DNA of 64,000 bases from an uncultured Holophagales bacterium (GCA_963842525.1 CAWJGT010000009.1:736001-800000), one strand, 5' to 3'. Shown: positions 19,925 to 30,762, numbered from the stretch's first letter. Notes: generated by a model not told the origin, from the sequence alone. Made by a program: numbers and translations.

Positions 19925-20535
19925 GGCCTGGGCTCCTTCCACAGGGGTTTCCCCTTCAGATCGTGGACCTCGTGGACCGCGTCGTGACATTCCAGGCAGG
20001 AGGTCTTGTTCGTTCCCAGATCGGCGCGCATCTCCTTGTGCAAATCGCTCTCCTCGAACGCCCGCGATCCGGCGTGGCAGTGCAGGCACTCGCGGTTGTT
20101 ATAGGGCTCGTAGAGCTTGATCTTTTCCGGGATGGTGCCGAGATAGTTGACGTAGACGTGCCGCAGCCCGCGCAGCTTCGCCTTGTAATCGCCGAACATT
20201 GTGTAGTCGGTATGGCAGGTGAAGCAGGCGTGGTCGCGGGGGACGCGGTTGTTCTGGTAGTGCTGGGCCGGCAGCCAGGACGAGTCGTCCACGAGGAGAC
20301 TCTGGCCGTAAGGCTCCATCACGTGGCAGGAGAGGCAGAACTCGGTCGACTTCGAGTGCTCCATGTGGGCGGACAACCCCATCGCCGTGGCCAGGAGTGG
20401 CAGCACCAGAAAAGCGAGAAAGGCCAGGATCCGGCCGCCACGGACCGTGGTGAGCGAGGGGCGGAGCACCAGCAGGGCGATCAGCGCGATCGCGACCAGC
20501 ACAACCGCGGCCACGGCTTCGTTGAGATAGGACAT
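19921..20535 (-). CDS. NapC/NirT/CymA-family membrane-anchored tetraheme cytochrome c
   Basis: 2 TM; STEFCLSCHVM, CFTCH, CLHCH, CLECH. Confidence 0.88.
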   Translation of the reverse strand: MSYLNEAVAAVVLVAIALIALLVLRPSLTTVRGGRILAFLAFLVLPLLATAMGLSAHMEHSKSTEFCLSCHVMEPYGQSLLVDDSSWLPAQHYQNNRVPRDHACFTCHTDYTMFGDYKAKLRGLRHVYVNYLGTIPEKIKLYEPYNNRECLHCHAGSRAFEESDLHKEMRADLGTNKTSCLECHDAVHEVHDLKGKPLWKEPRP

Positions 20536-20554
20536 GGCGCCTCCCGGGACGGGA

Positions 20555-20929
20555 CTACTTCTTCTCCTGCTTCTGCAGCCAGGCGATCAGGGCGCCGATC
20601 TCTTCGTCGCTGCCGGTGAACTCCTTGCCGTGCTTCTTGCCGTTAATTTCGGCTTTCTTGCGCAGGAAGTCGTTGAGCACCCGGGCGTCCATCTTGGGGG
20701 CCACTCCGGTGAGATCGGGTCCCTTCATCTTCTCGGACTTGACCGTCGCCTGGATACCCGCCGACGAGACGGCGTGGCAGAGGTTGCACTTCTGGGCGAG
20801 AAAGATCTGCTTGCCGTCCAGCACCTTGGGCGCCTGCGCCGCGGCGGGTCCGGTGGCGCCGCAGTAGAAGAGGGCGAGCAGGGGTCCGGCCAGGGTGGCG
20901 GACAGGGCGAAACCGAACAGCTTCTTCAT
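20555..20929 (-). CDS. Periplasmic monoheme cytochrome c
   Basis: RBS aaggag; signal peptide; GKQIF..QKCNLCH, GPDLTG. Confidence 0.85.
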   Translation of the reverse strand: MKKLFGFALSATLAGPLLALFYCGATGPAAAQAPKVLDGKQIFLAQKCNLCHAVSSAGIQATVKSEKMKGPDLTGVAPKMDARVLNDFLRKKAEINGKKHGKEFTGSDEEIGALIAWLQKQEKK

Positions 20930-21164
20930 GACGGTCTCCTTCTTGGGACTGGCGCTTTCTGCTCTGAAGCCTAGAGGCGGTGCGGATCGCCCGCCACGTC
21001 CTGAAGGGTAGCGCCACGGCCTCGCTCTTCCCCACCCCAACGGGGTGGGACGCGCGCCCCCCCGTTGGGAGACCTTGAAGCCCTCCTTCGGGCGGTGGTG
21101 GCCGGTGTCTCCTTCACGCTCCAATAGAGGCCAGCAGATTTTCCAGGAGCCCGGAGGAGGGCCT

Positions 21165-22119
21165 ATGAGAATGCAGCGCATCCTGTTTCCCCTCGGTGCC
21201 GCGGTGCTCTTCGCCGTGGCGGGGTGGGGAGGCGCCGCGCAACGGCAGCCCGGACCGGCCCAGCAACCACCCGCCCCCCCGGCGGCCAGCGCCTCGGCGG
21301 CCTACGTAGGCAGCGACGTCTGTACGGCCTGCCACGGCGAGGTCGCCGACCACCTGGCGAAGACCCCGCACGGCAAGGGCGGCTTCGCCCGCCTTTCCAA
21401 CCTGGGCTGCGAGACCTGCCACGGCCCGGGAGCGCGCACGCGGAAGACCCGGACAACCCGGCTCTCCATCCCCGAGTGGACAAGCTGAGCGTCGAGCGGC
21501 AGTCCGCGGTCTGCCAGAGCTGCCACGGCGGCGCCAGCCAGTTCCTCTGGCACGGCAGCGCGCACGAGCGGCGCAACCTCTCCTGCGTGAGCTGCCACAG
21601 CATCCATTCCTTCAAGTCGGAGAACGCGCAGCTCAAGACGGCGAGCACCCCGAGTCGTGCCTGTCCTGCCACAAGGACGTGCGCGCGGAAATGTGGAAGA
21701 ACTCGCATCACCCTATCCGCGAGGGCAAGATGGCGTGCGCCGACTGCCACAACCCGCACGGCACCCAGACCCCGAAGCTGATCAAGGCCGCGTCGGTCAA
21801 CGACCAGTGCTACACCTGCCACGCCGAGAAGCGCGGCCCGTTCCTGTGGGAGCACCCGCCGGTGCGGGAAAACTGCATGAACTGCCACACGCCGCACGGG
21901 TCGAACCACATCAAGCTGCAGAAGACCTCGGTGCCCTACATCTGCCAGCAGTGCCACGCCAACACCCGCCACCCGGGCACGCTCTACGACGCCTTCCGCG
22001 CGCCGACGCTCGAAAATCCGGCGACCGGCAGCAACCGGCTGTTCAACCGCGCCTGCCTGGATTGCCACGCGGCGGTCCACGGCTCCAACCACCCGTCGAG
22101 CCCGTACCTCGCGCACTAG
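21165..22119 (+). CDS. DmsE/MtrA/MtoA-family decaheme cytochrome c (frameshifted)
   Basis: 10 CxxCH across frames: CTACH, CETCH, CQSCH, CVSCH, CLSCH, CADCH, CYTCH, CMNCH, CQQCH, CLDCH; EKRGPFLWEHPPV; HGSNHPS. Confidence 0.92.
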
Positions 22120-22128
22120 GAGGATGCC

Positions 22129-24496
22129 ATGAGCACGATTCCGCAGAGCTCTGGCTCGTCGCGTCGTCGCCGCCGTGCTCCTCCTCGCGGGCCTGCCGCT
22201 CGCGGCGCAGGAGACGGAGGCGGAAACCGAGCCACGCTGCCGGGACGGAAACGCAGGCCGAAGCCGCGACGGAGGCCGAATCCGCGACCGAACTGAAGAG
22301 GCGACCGAGCCAAGGCTTCACCTTCCGGGTCGACCCGCTGGTCCTCCAGGTCCTGGAGACCGACGTCGACACCGAGTCGTCCAAGTTCGAGGAGTACCGT
22401 GATCTCGACAGCGGCTTCCGCCCCTCGCTCCATCTGTTCGGCGAGGGCGGCGACCGCACGCTCGATATCCGCGCCGACGCGATCGGCCGCGACGACGCCC
22501 GCTATACCCTCGACTACGGCGTATCCGGCCGGTACGGGCTCCTCTTCGATTTCAACAAGATCCCGCACCGCTTCGGCAACAACGGCCACATGCTGTGGAC
22601 GCGGACCGGCGCCGGCCGGCTCGAGATCGCCGACCCCGTCCAGGCCGCCATCGAAGGGGCCGTGGCACAGCAGTTCGCCACCAACCGGACCGGGGTGAAT
22701 TTCGCCTTCCTCAACGGCCTGCTCGCCCCATACCTGGCCACCGCCACCGAGGTCGACCTCGGCCTGATCCGCGACCGGACGCTCGTCCGGCTCGACCTGG
22801 GCCGCATGGCGCGGCTGGGCTGGAGCCTCGAATACAGCCACGAGAACCGCAAGGGCGACCGACCCTTCGGCGGCAGCTTCGGGTTCAACAACGTCACCGA
22901 GATCCCCGAGCCGATCGATTACAAGACCGACGCGGCCGAGCTGGCCGGCGAATGGAACACCCGGCAGGCCGGGCTGCGCTTCGGCTACCGCTACTCGACC
23001 TTCAAGAACGACATCAGCACACTGATCTGGGACAATCCGTTCCGGATCAATCCCTCGACCGATGCGAACGCCTATCAGTCACCCAGCTCGTCGTCCATCA
23101 ACGGCTCGAGCCTCGGCTTCGCCGACCTGGCGCCCGACAACGAGTCGAGCCTGCTCTTCCTGACCGGCCGCGCCCGGTTCGGGGGCGACTGGTTCGCCAA
23201 TGGCAGCGTGTCCTACAACGTCATGACGCAGGACGAGCCGCTGCTGCCCTACACGTTCAATCCGGCGATCGTCGGCATCGCCGAGACCGGCGCTGCGTTC
23301 GACCCGACCGAATCGCCAACCTTCCGGCCCGCAACGCCGACAACAAGGTCGACGTCTTCAACATCAGCGCGCAGACAGGCACCCGGTTCGGCGAGAGCCT
23401 GGGACTGACCTTCCGCTACCGCCTCTACGATTACGACAACAAGTCGCAGCGGATCGAGGTCCCCGGCTATGTGCGCTTCCATGCGGTCTGGGAAGAGATC
23501 CCGCGCATCACGGTCCCCTACGCCTACACGGTGCAGGACCTGGGAGCCGAGTTGGGCTGGGACTTCGTGCGCAACAGCCGCCTCGCCCTCTCCTACACCC
23601 TTCAGACCTGGGACCGCGAATTCCGCGAGGTGGAAAGCTCGGACGAGGACATCCTCAAGCTGAGCTTCGACAGCCGGCCGTTCGCCTGGCTCAACCTGCG
23701 AGCGAGCTACGAGATGGGCGACCGGTCGATCGACGGCTACGACCCGGAGGCCCAGGAGGCCAGCTTCGTCGATCCCGCAGGGGTCAGCAACCTGCCGGCG
23801 CTGCGCAAGTACGAGCAGGCCGCCCGCAAGTACGATCAGCTCAACGTCCAGGCCCAACTCGCGGGACAGGCCTGGAACCTCACCTTCGGAGTCACCGGGC
23901 GCGACGAGGACTACGACGAGAGCGCCTTCGGCCTGATCTCCGACGAGGTCCTGCAATACAACTTCGAGGTCGGCTACACGCCCGGAGACAACCTCAACTT
24001 CTACGTCTTCGGCCATCGCGCCGACCGCGACGTCTTCCAGCGCGCCCGCCAGTCCGGCGCGACCCCTTCGAACAACCCGCTGGACGACTGGACGGCGGAT
24101 TTCGACGAAAAGACCGACACCTGGGGCCTGGGCTTCACGTCCCGCTTCGCCGAGAAGTGGACGACCGACATTTCCGGCCGCTGGTCGAAATCGGACGGCT
24201 TCGCGGACTTCACCGCCTTCCCCGGCGGCCTGCCGCTGTCCGGCCGCCCTGTCCAGCAGGCCCTCGACTTCGACAACTACGAGGACATCGAGCTCCTCAG
24301 CCTGCTCGGCCGGCTGGACTACCGGATCACCGACCAGGCCTCGGCGGGGGTCTTCTACCGCTACGAGGACTACACCATCGACAGCTTCATCCTGCAGGGC
24401 CTGACCAACTACCTGCCAGGCGCGCTGCTGCTCAACCCCGAGCAGGGGGACTACCAGGCCAACATCTTCGGCCTGGAGCTGAAGCTGGCCTTCTGA
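22129..24496 (+). CDS. MtrB/PioB-family outer-membrane beta-barrel (frameshifted)
   Basis: SSKFEEYRDL, EIPEPIDYKT, LIWDNP, LAPDN; terminal Phe; follows the decaheme gene. Confidence 0.88.
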
Positions 24497-24531
24497 AGAT
24501 TCGGGCCTACCGTCTGTACTCTCCCCCACCT

Positions 24532-24600
24532 GCTGACGGAAAGCCGGCTCTGGGCCGTGCCTGAGCCGGTCTTTTCGGGCCAGCGAGGCCCGCTCACTCC
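24532..24600 (+). pseudogene. Fragment paralogous to the recombinase-like gene segment at 28020-28088
   Basis: LTESRLWAVPEPVFSGQRGPLTP vs LTENRLWAVPEPVFRGQRGPLTP. Confidence 0.75.
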
Positions 24601-24849
24601 AGCCGGCACCTCCGCCGTCCTCTCTTGCTGTCCTTGAGGTCCTGTTCGTCCGTGCCGTCCGTGTTCGTCCCTTCTCCCTCCCTCGTGGACTGGCGCCTCC
24701 CTCGCGCGCGAAAGGCTTTATCTTTCTCTCTGAGACTGCCTATTCAGTATCAGATTGAGAATGAGTAGACGCGCGCACGCGCGCGTGGACCGTGTCCGCG
24801 ACCGTCCAGCAACCGCTCCCCGAACCCTTCCCGCAACCGCCAAGGGTGC

Positions 24850-25010
24850 GAAATGAAGAAATCATTTCTTCGTTTCCCTTCATGCACTGATCCCGGATCT
24901 CCTGCAAATTGAGCGGTTTACGCCCAAATCGCACTCGCGCTCACTTTGAGGTCTTGCGCCCCTCGATACAACCTGCTCTCCGACCAAGGAGGGAGCACGC
25001 ATGCCGACCC
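24850..25010 (+). repeat. Palindrome-box-RBS unit 1
   Basis: gaaatgaagaaat-c-atttcttcgtttc; ATCTCC (24897)-N15-TTAC; conserved block; ATG 25001. Confidence 0.85.
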
Positions 25011-26054
25011 CAGCAAGCTTCTACCGCCAAGTGGACGTTCACCTCCACGGTGACACCAAATTCCTTGCCCTCACTCCGGAAACTCCGTCTGGACGTGGAC
25101 TCTTCAAGCACCTCCTCATCTGCCCGGAGCTGGGGCCGCTTCCAGGAGTGATCCGCTCCGGCGCCGCCGCCATGGCGGAAGTCCTGGAGTGGCCCCCGGA
25201 TTCGTTCCTGGAGCGGTTCGAGGAACTGATCCGGGAACACCTGGTCGAGGTCGACTGGAAAGCCCGGCTGATCTTCCTCACCAACGGCATCCGCTACAAC
25301 GCGCCGGACAATCCCAACCAGGTCATCGGCTGGGCACGCCACTGGAATGCCCTGCCCGACTCCTCCCTCAAGAGCGTTATCTGGGCGAGCTACCTCGCTC
25401 ACTTCAAGAGCGACGCCGAGAGACGGCGCAAAGAGATCCAGGCTGGGACGAGAGACCAACGGCAAGACCCGGAGGCCCTCCTCAAAGCCTTCCTCGAAAA
25501 CATCGCCAAGCCGGGAGCTGCCCTGCCGGAAGGTGAGATGGAATCGATACCGGCTCCCGCGCCGGTGCCTGCACCCGCAGCCGGCCCGCGGCCGGTGGCG
25601 CCCCCGCCGAAGACTCGCTGGGACGCCGCGCCGCTCCCGGGGGAGTCTCTGCTCGACACCCTGGCGCAGGAGCTTCAAGCCGCCCACCCGCCCGGGCTTG
25701 CCGGGGGAACAGACCTCCAGCACGCGCTCCTCCAAGCGCTGAAGACCGGCGAGCCTCCGCGCCGACGGCACCGCCGCACGACCAGGAATCCAAAGCCTCA
25801 CCCTGTCCGAGCTTCGCGAGCGCCATACCGCTTGGTGCGCTGCCTGGGAGGCTGGAGCCAGCCTCCCCATGAACCTCGCCAACTGGATCAACAAGCGACG
25901 GTGCTGGCGCGAGCAGCCGCCGGAGCCCCGCCCCGATCGCACCGGGGCCCGAGCCCCGAACGACCCACCCAGCGGAGCGGCTGAAAAGCTCCAGCAAATC
26001 GTCGATCTCGAGGAAGAGAGCCTGAGGACCATCAAGTGGAGGAGTCACTCATGA
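25001..26054 (+). CDS. Putative phage-type replication initiator (frameshifted near the 3' end)
   Basis: N-terminal wHTH-like DTKFLALT...LPGVIR...EVLEW...RYNAPDNPNQ; Pro-rich linker; C-terminal MNLANWINKRRCWRE frame overlaps the ATPase start. Confidence 0.55.
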
Positions 26055-26845
26055 ACAGCCTCGCGACCGTCTGGACCGATCTCCAGCGGAAACTGGCTGC
26101 CAACCCCGCAGACTGGCCCGTCTACGTCTGCCCTGGCGGGCACGAGATCGCCCTCCCTCCCTTCTCACGGCTCTGGGACAAAGAGACCGGCCGCCTGACC
26201 GCCCGTCCCGAGTGCCTGGACTGCGAGAAGACGAGGATGGCTTTCCAGCGGTCTCAGCGCCGTCTCCTCGCCGACCGCGAGTCCGCCCTGCTCTCTCACG
26301 GCGTCCCCGCCCGCCTCGCCGGCCAGCCGTTCGTAGGAGGCATGCCCCACGTCCTCGGCCATGACCTGGCCGCCTGGACCGGTGGCCCGGCCACCTGGGC
26401 CGTCGTCCTCCACGGCGTGGAAGACGCCGGCAAGAGCATGCTCGCCGCGCAGCTCCTGTGGCTGCGGCTGCCCCATATCCGAACTGCTGCATGGTGGCGG
26501 GCCGCCCACCTCCTCGATGCGCTCCTTGGCTCCTTCGGCGAAGAGACCCGGGTCCGCGCCCACCAGGAGAGCACCGCGGACCTCCTCGTCATCGACGACC
26601 TCGGCCATGTCCTGGGCGACCGCGGGCTCGACGTTCTGTACAACCTCGTCACAGCACGCCAGGAGCAAGTCCGCGCCACCATCCTCACCCTCGACGAGTC
26701 CCTCGTTGCGTTCTGCAAGCGGCACTGGAGCCTCGGATCGAAACTGACACGCGACACCCTCCCGGTGCCCTTCGCCCAAACCTACGCAGAAAGGACGAGG
26801 CAGGAAGGCTCAAGAGCCGGCAAGCCGGCAAAGGCCGGGCAGTGA
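26051..26845 (+). CDS. DnaC/IstB-like AAA+ ATPase (helicase-loader-like)
   Basis: CPGGH...CLDC; Walker A-like HGVEDAGKS; Walker B LLVIDDLG; LYNLVTAR...TILT. Confidence 0.75.
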   Translation: MNSLATVWTDLQRKLAANPADWPVYVCPGGHEIALPPFSRLWDKETGRLTARPECLDCEKTRMAFQRSQRRLLADRESALLSHGVPARLAGQPFVGGMPHVLGHDLAAWTGGPATWAVVLHGVEDAGKSMLAAQLLWLRLPHIRTAAWWRAAHLLDALLGSFGEETRVRAHQESTADLLVIDDLGHVLGDRGLDVLYNLVTARQEQVRATILTLDESLVAFCKRHWSLGSKLTRDTLPVPFAQTYAERTRQEGSRAGKPAKAGQ

Positions 26846-26888
26846 AGCTGCTGATCTCTGAGCCGGTGGAAAGCATCCCGCTGCCGAA

Positions 26889-27050
26889 ATTGTCGAGATT
26901 ATTCTCGACAATCTGGCGGTCCGTTGAGTCGTCGATCTCCTTTAAAACTGCAGGTTTACGTCGTATCTCGCCTTCCTCGCGATTTGGAGGTCTTGCGCTC
27001 CTCGAAGGAATCTGCTCTCCGACAGAGGGAGGAGCCGAGATGCCGAACCC
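26889..27050 (+). repeat. Palindrome-box-RBS unit 2
   Basis: attgtcgaga-ttat-tctcgacaat; ATCTCC (26935)-N15-TTAC; ATG 27040. Confidence 0.85.
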
Positions 27051-27109
27051 ATCGACCTGGAACCCATGGGGCTGCGCCACATCGCCGCCTTTCGGGCCTC
27101 CGGAGGACC

Positions 27110-27272
27110 AAAGTGTAAGGTTCAACCTTACACTTTTTTCTGCCCCCGAACCGTTCATCTCCTTTGGGTTGTGTGGCTTACGCCGGATCTTGCCCCACTC
27201 CCGATTTGGAGGTCTTGCGCTCCTCGAAGCAACCTGCTTTCCGACAGAGGGAGGAGCCAAGATGACGAACCG
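27110..27272 (+). repeat. Palindrome-box-RBS unit 3
   Basis: aaagtgtaaggtt-c-aaccttacacttt; ATCTCC (27157)-N15-TTAC; ATG 27262. Confidence 0.85.
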
Positions 27273-27552
27273 ATCACCCTGGAACCCACAAGCACCGGTG
27301 GCCCGTTCAACCTTCCCACACCCAGCCCGGCGGGGTAAGAGGGAAGAGGGGAGCGGCTCCCGCCCTACACCCGTTTCGGCCGGGGCAGCTAGCGCCGCAC
27401 ACACGCCTTGTTCGGGCGGCCATGCGACCCGCAGAGGCACAGGCACCGTCCGATGCGCCGGAACCTCTCGTGCCTTCCCTGAGGGATCTCAGGGCCACCA
27501 CGCCGCGCGGCAAGCCTGGCCTGAGGCCCTGAAGTGGAGCCTGCGGCCGACA

Positions 27553-27716
27553 AAGGACCAGATTATCTGGTCCTTGCCTCTTATACCGCGAGCGAGCCTA
27601 TCTCCCGTGGATTGTGCGACTTACCTCCTCCCACGGCACTCCTGCCGATTTGGTGCTCTTGAGCTCCTGGAGACAACCTCCTTTCCGAACAAAGGAGGAG
27701 CCAAGATGCCCAACCC
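27553..27716 (+). repeat. Palindrome-box-RBS unit 4
   Basis: aaggaccagat-t-atctggtcctt; ATCTCC (27600)-N15-TTAC; ATG 27706. Confidence 0.85.
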
Positions 27717-28161
27717 GTCACCACAGAAGCGACTGGCCAAGGCCGGAAAGGAGCGGTCCTGATGCGTCTCGATCCCAAGCACGCCCACGAGCCTTCCCCG
27801 TGTCGATCCCGGCCGCGTCCGCTCTGGCAGGGCCGTGGGGCTGCGCGACGGTGCCCTCCTCGCCCTCGTCGCGGCGGGCCTGAGCGCCACCGAGATCGCA
27901 GCCCTCCAGGCCTCAGCCATCACCATGGCCGACAGCAAGCTCGTCCTCGCAGTCCATCGCCACGGCATCACCTGGTCCGCCCCTCTGCCCACTGACCTCG
28001 GAGCCCGGCTGCTCGTTTGGCTAACAGAAAACCGGCTCTGGGCCGTCCCTGAGCCTGTGTTCCGAGGCCAGCGAGGCCCCCTCACCCCGGTGGGCATCTG
28101 CGCCGTTCTCAAGCGCTACCACAACCACCAGCCAGCGCCGGCGCGCAGGAAACGCAAGTGA
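27706..28161 (+). CDS. Small tyrosine-recombinase-fold protein lacking catalytic residues (start inferred across frameshifts)
   Basis: GLRDGALLALVAAGLSATEIAAL (cf. RDxA...GLRxSE), PVF..RGPLT...VLKRY; ends before the HxxR/Y region. Confidence 0.5.
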
Positions 28162-29064
28162 GAGTCGCGACCTACGCCCGCACCTCGGCCGCCGACCTCG
28201 GCCGAGTCACCGTCGAGCGGACCCTCGCCGGCTTGGCTGACCACGCGGCCCGGAGCGGCTGGGAAGTCGTCCTGGAGTGCGCCGATCAGGGACCCTGGCT
28301 CGAAGGCCGGAGAGAAGGCCTCCAGCGTCTGATCGCCGCCGTGCGAGTGAACGCCGTGCAAGGCATTCTGGTCCACTCCCTCGGCCAGCTCGCGCGCTCC
28401 CTGCGCCACCTGACCGAGCTGGGCCAGCTCCTCGATCGCCAGGGCGTCGCCCTGATAGCCATCGAAGACCACATCGACACCACCGACCCGGGCGGCCTGA
28501 TCCGCTGGCTGGCTCGATCCCTCCGTCCGCCTGGACCGCCACATCCGCTCCGAAGGAGCCAGGCTCGCCCGCCTGCGGGCTTCTGGCGAGCCCTGGGGCC
28601 ACCCCATGGCGGCCGTGAGCCCGAAAGAGCTGCTGGCCTGCTGGGAAGGCCGGAGAGGCCGCCGTCCCCTGTCCCTACGCGCTATCGCCGCCAGATTCGG
28701 CGTCTCAGAAGCCACCATCCGCAAGCGCCTCCGCGAGCTCCGCACCGCCGGTAAAGTCAACGACGAAGCCCGGTCTCGCGCCCTCGCCTCCTGGGGCGGT
28801 CTCCGCAAGGGCGGCCGGCCGCCAGATCCCCTCGACGACGACGCCCTCACCGCTGAGTGGGCAGTACAGCACCAAGCCGCCCGCCTGCGAGGCCACGAGC
28901 CGAGCCTCGCCGCCATCGCCCGCCACCTCCACGTCGAGCCGCAGCCGCGTCCGCGCAAGGCTCCAAGAGCTCGGCCTGCTCCCACAGAGCCCTGGGTACA
29001 CATCCCCGAGGACCAGAGCGGCCAGGGCCACCAGCCAAAACAAGCTCATAGGGAAAACCGATGA
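28158..29064 (+). CDS. Serine recombinase/resolvase-family protein with C-terminal HTH(s) (frameshifted)
   Basis: VATYARTS, REGLQRL, SLGQLARS, IDTTDPGG; then SLRAIAARFGVSEATIRKRL. Confidence 0.7.
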
Positions 29065-29312
29065 AAAACGACAGCAGACCGCAGCAGTCACCACCGAGTC
29101 GGCACACGTTGTCCAACGTTGGTGAGGTGCTCCCCCGGTTCATGACCTGGCCCGAGGTGATCAGTTGGTCAAGCCTGTCCCGGTCCACGTTGCGACGGGA
29201 AATCGCGGCCGGCCGGTTCCCCGCCCCGGAGACTCTCAGCCCTGGAAGGGAAGCCTTTCGCGTGGACAAGCTCCGCGAATGGCAAGAAGGCCGGCGCGAC
29301 TGGGCCGCCTAG
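29061..29312 (+). CDS. AlpA-family excisionase/regulator
   Basis: FMTWPEV...SLSRSTLRREIAAGRFPAP..LSPGR.AFR. Confidence 0.85.
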   Translation: MKNDSRPQQSPPSRHTLSNVGEVLPRFMTWPEVISWSSLSRSTLRREIAAGRFPAPETLSPGREAFRVDKLREWQEGRRDWAA

Positions 29313-30609
29313 GCCTGAGAAGGCACCACGCCGGCCGGCTCGCCGAAGAAGATGCTCCGTAGATGGGCGTCCCAACGCAGCCCGGCCGTCCATTTCTCGG
29401 CGTCGTAGTCATAAAGGTTGTAGTGAATCGTTTCGATGGTCCCATCAGTGTGGTTGACCAGACGTCGCCGGACCTCCTGCAGCACGCCAAGCCGAGCCAA
29501 GGAAGTCAGGAACGTCGTCCGCAGGTTGCGAGCCACGAAGGGGAAGCCCACCTTGGCCGACACCTGGGAACAGAACGCCGTGATGCTCTCGGCGTGGAGG
29601 TGATGGTCCTGCAGCCGATCGCTGGGGAAGACATACGGCAGCCCGGCACTCAACCTCTCGACGCGCGGCAGCACATACTCGCTCCACAGCGGCAGCAGCG
29701 GCACCCGGTGATCCCGTCCCGTCTTCGTGTACCGCCGCCGCCCAATGTAGCCCGGCAGGTTCCACCACTGAGCCTCCAGATCCTGGCGGCGCATGCCGAC
29801 GGTTTCGGTGGTGCGCTGGCCCAGCAGGAGGCGCGTCAGCACCACCAAAGCGAACAGATCCCGGGTCGTAGTGAACTGGCCGTTGTGCAGCTCCGCCTGT
29901 TTGTCGGGCACCGGCTGGTCGGCGATCTCCAGGAGGGCAAACCACAGCGCCCGGAGCTGGTCATCGGAGAGGCTCCTGCGTTCCGGAGGCGCGGCCGGCT
30001 TGGGGTAGGGGAAGCGCCGGACCGGGTTGTACTCGACGAGCTCGCGCCCTTCGGCCCAGGTGAAGATGGCCGAGATCACAAACAGCAGGCCGCGAGCGCT
30101 GACGGCGTGCCCGCCGGTGACGAGCCGGTCGATGACCAGATGGAGATGGCGCTTGCGCACCTCGCCAGCGGGCATCTGGCCGATGACGGGAATCACATCC
30201 TTGCGGACCCGCCGCTGGACGTCGTACCAGGTCGCGAGATGATCGCGAGCGTGGCGCTCCATGTAGAGCTCGAAGAGCCCGCGAAGGTCATCGGGTGTTC
30301 CTCGGGAGCCTCGGGAGGAGCCATCCGAAGCTTCTTCGGGTCCCGCCCCGAGCTGGCGGCGTTAAGATCCTGTCGAGTCTCCTCGCGGGCCTGAGCGAGG
30401 GAGACGCGGGGGAAGGGTCCGATGGTCCGGCGATCCTGCTTGTCCTGGCCCTTGACCCTGTAGACGACGGAGAAGGAGCCATGCCCCTTGTCGCTCTTGC
30501 GGAAGCGAAGCCCCGGGACCACCGTGTCACTCCATTCCTGCCTTTCCTTGCCATCGGGAACGCGGAGACCGCGCAGGGTGCGATCCTCAAATTTGATGTT
30601 GTAGCTCAT
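29309..30609 (-). CDS. P4-like tyrosine integrase with arm-binding N-terminal domain (frameshift ~30270)
   Basis: DTVVPGLRFR...TIGPFPRVSLAQAR; GQRTTE, TKTG, ARNLRTT, VNH, HYNLY. Confidence 0.88.
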
Positions 30610-30762
30610 GGGCGTAAGTATAGCATAACTGGGTCACGCCCGGGTCACACAGCTCCGCGCTTACTGGCGAAAAGTGGTCACGATTGGCACCGCCTGGAGC
30701 GTCTTCCCCTCGGGGAAGGCCCGGATGAGATCACATGAACACCGATGACCTAATTAACCGGG

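Noticed and set aside
21165-24496. Programmed frameshifting or phase variation in the mtrA/mtrB-like genes
   Set aside because: No slippery or long homopolymer tracts at the shifts, and similar indels occur throughout the window
24620-24845. gtccgt-type short repeats and CGCGCG-rich stretch as a replication origin or rep-gene relic
   Set aside because: Suggestive low-complexity sequence only; no clear iterons
24850-27716. Repeat units as a CRISPR array
   Set aside because: Units are too long, irregularly spaced and contain RBS/ATG; no cas genes
26458-27762. 434-aa ORF with three RFGxLxLLE...GGAxM repeats; ATGs spaced 222 and 444 bp
   Set aside because: The repeats are better explained at DNA level (palindrome, box, RBS), unit 1 lies outside the ORF, and no unit is seen at the expected intermediate position ~27484; read-through translation cannot be fully excluded
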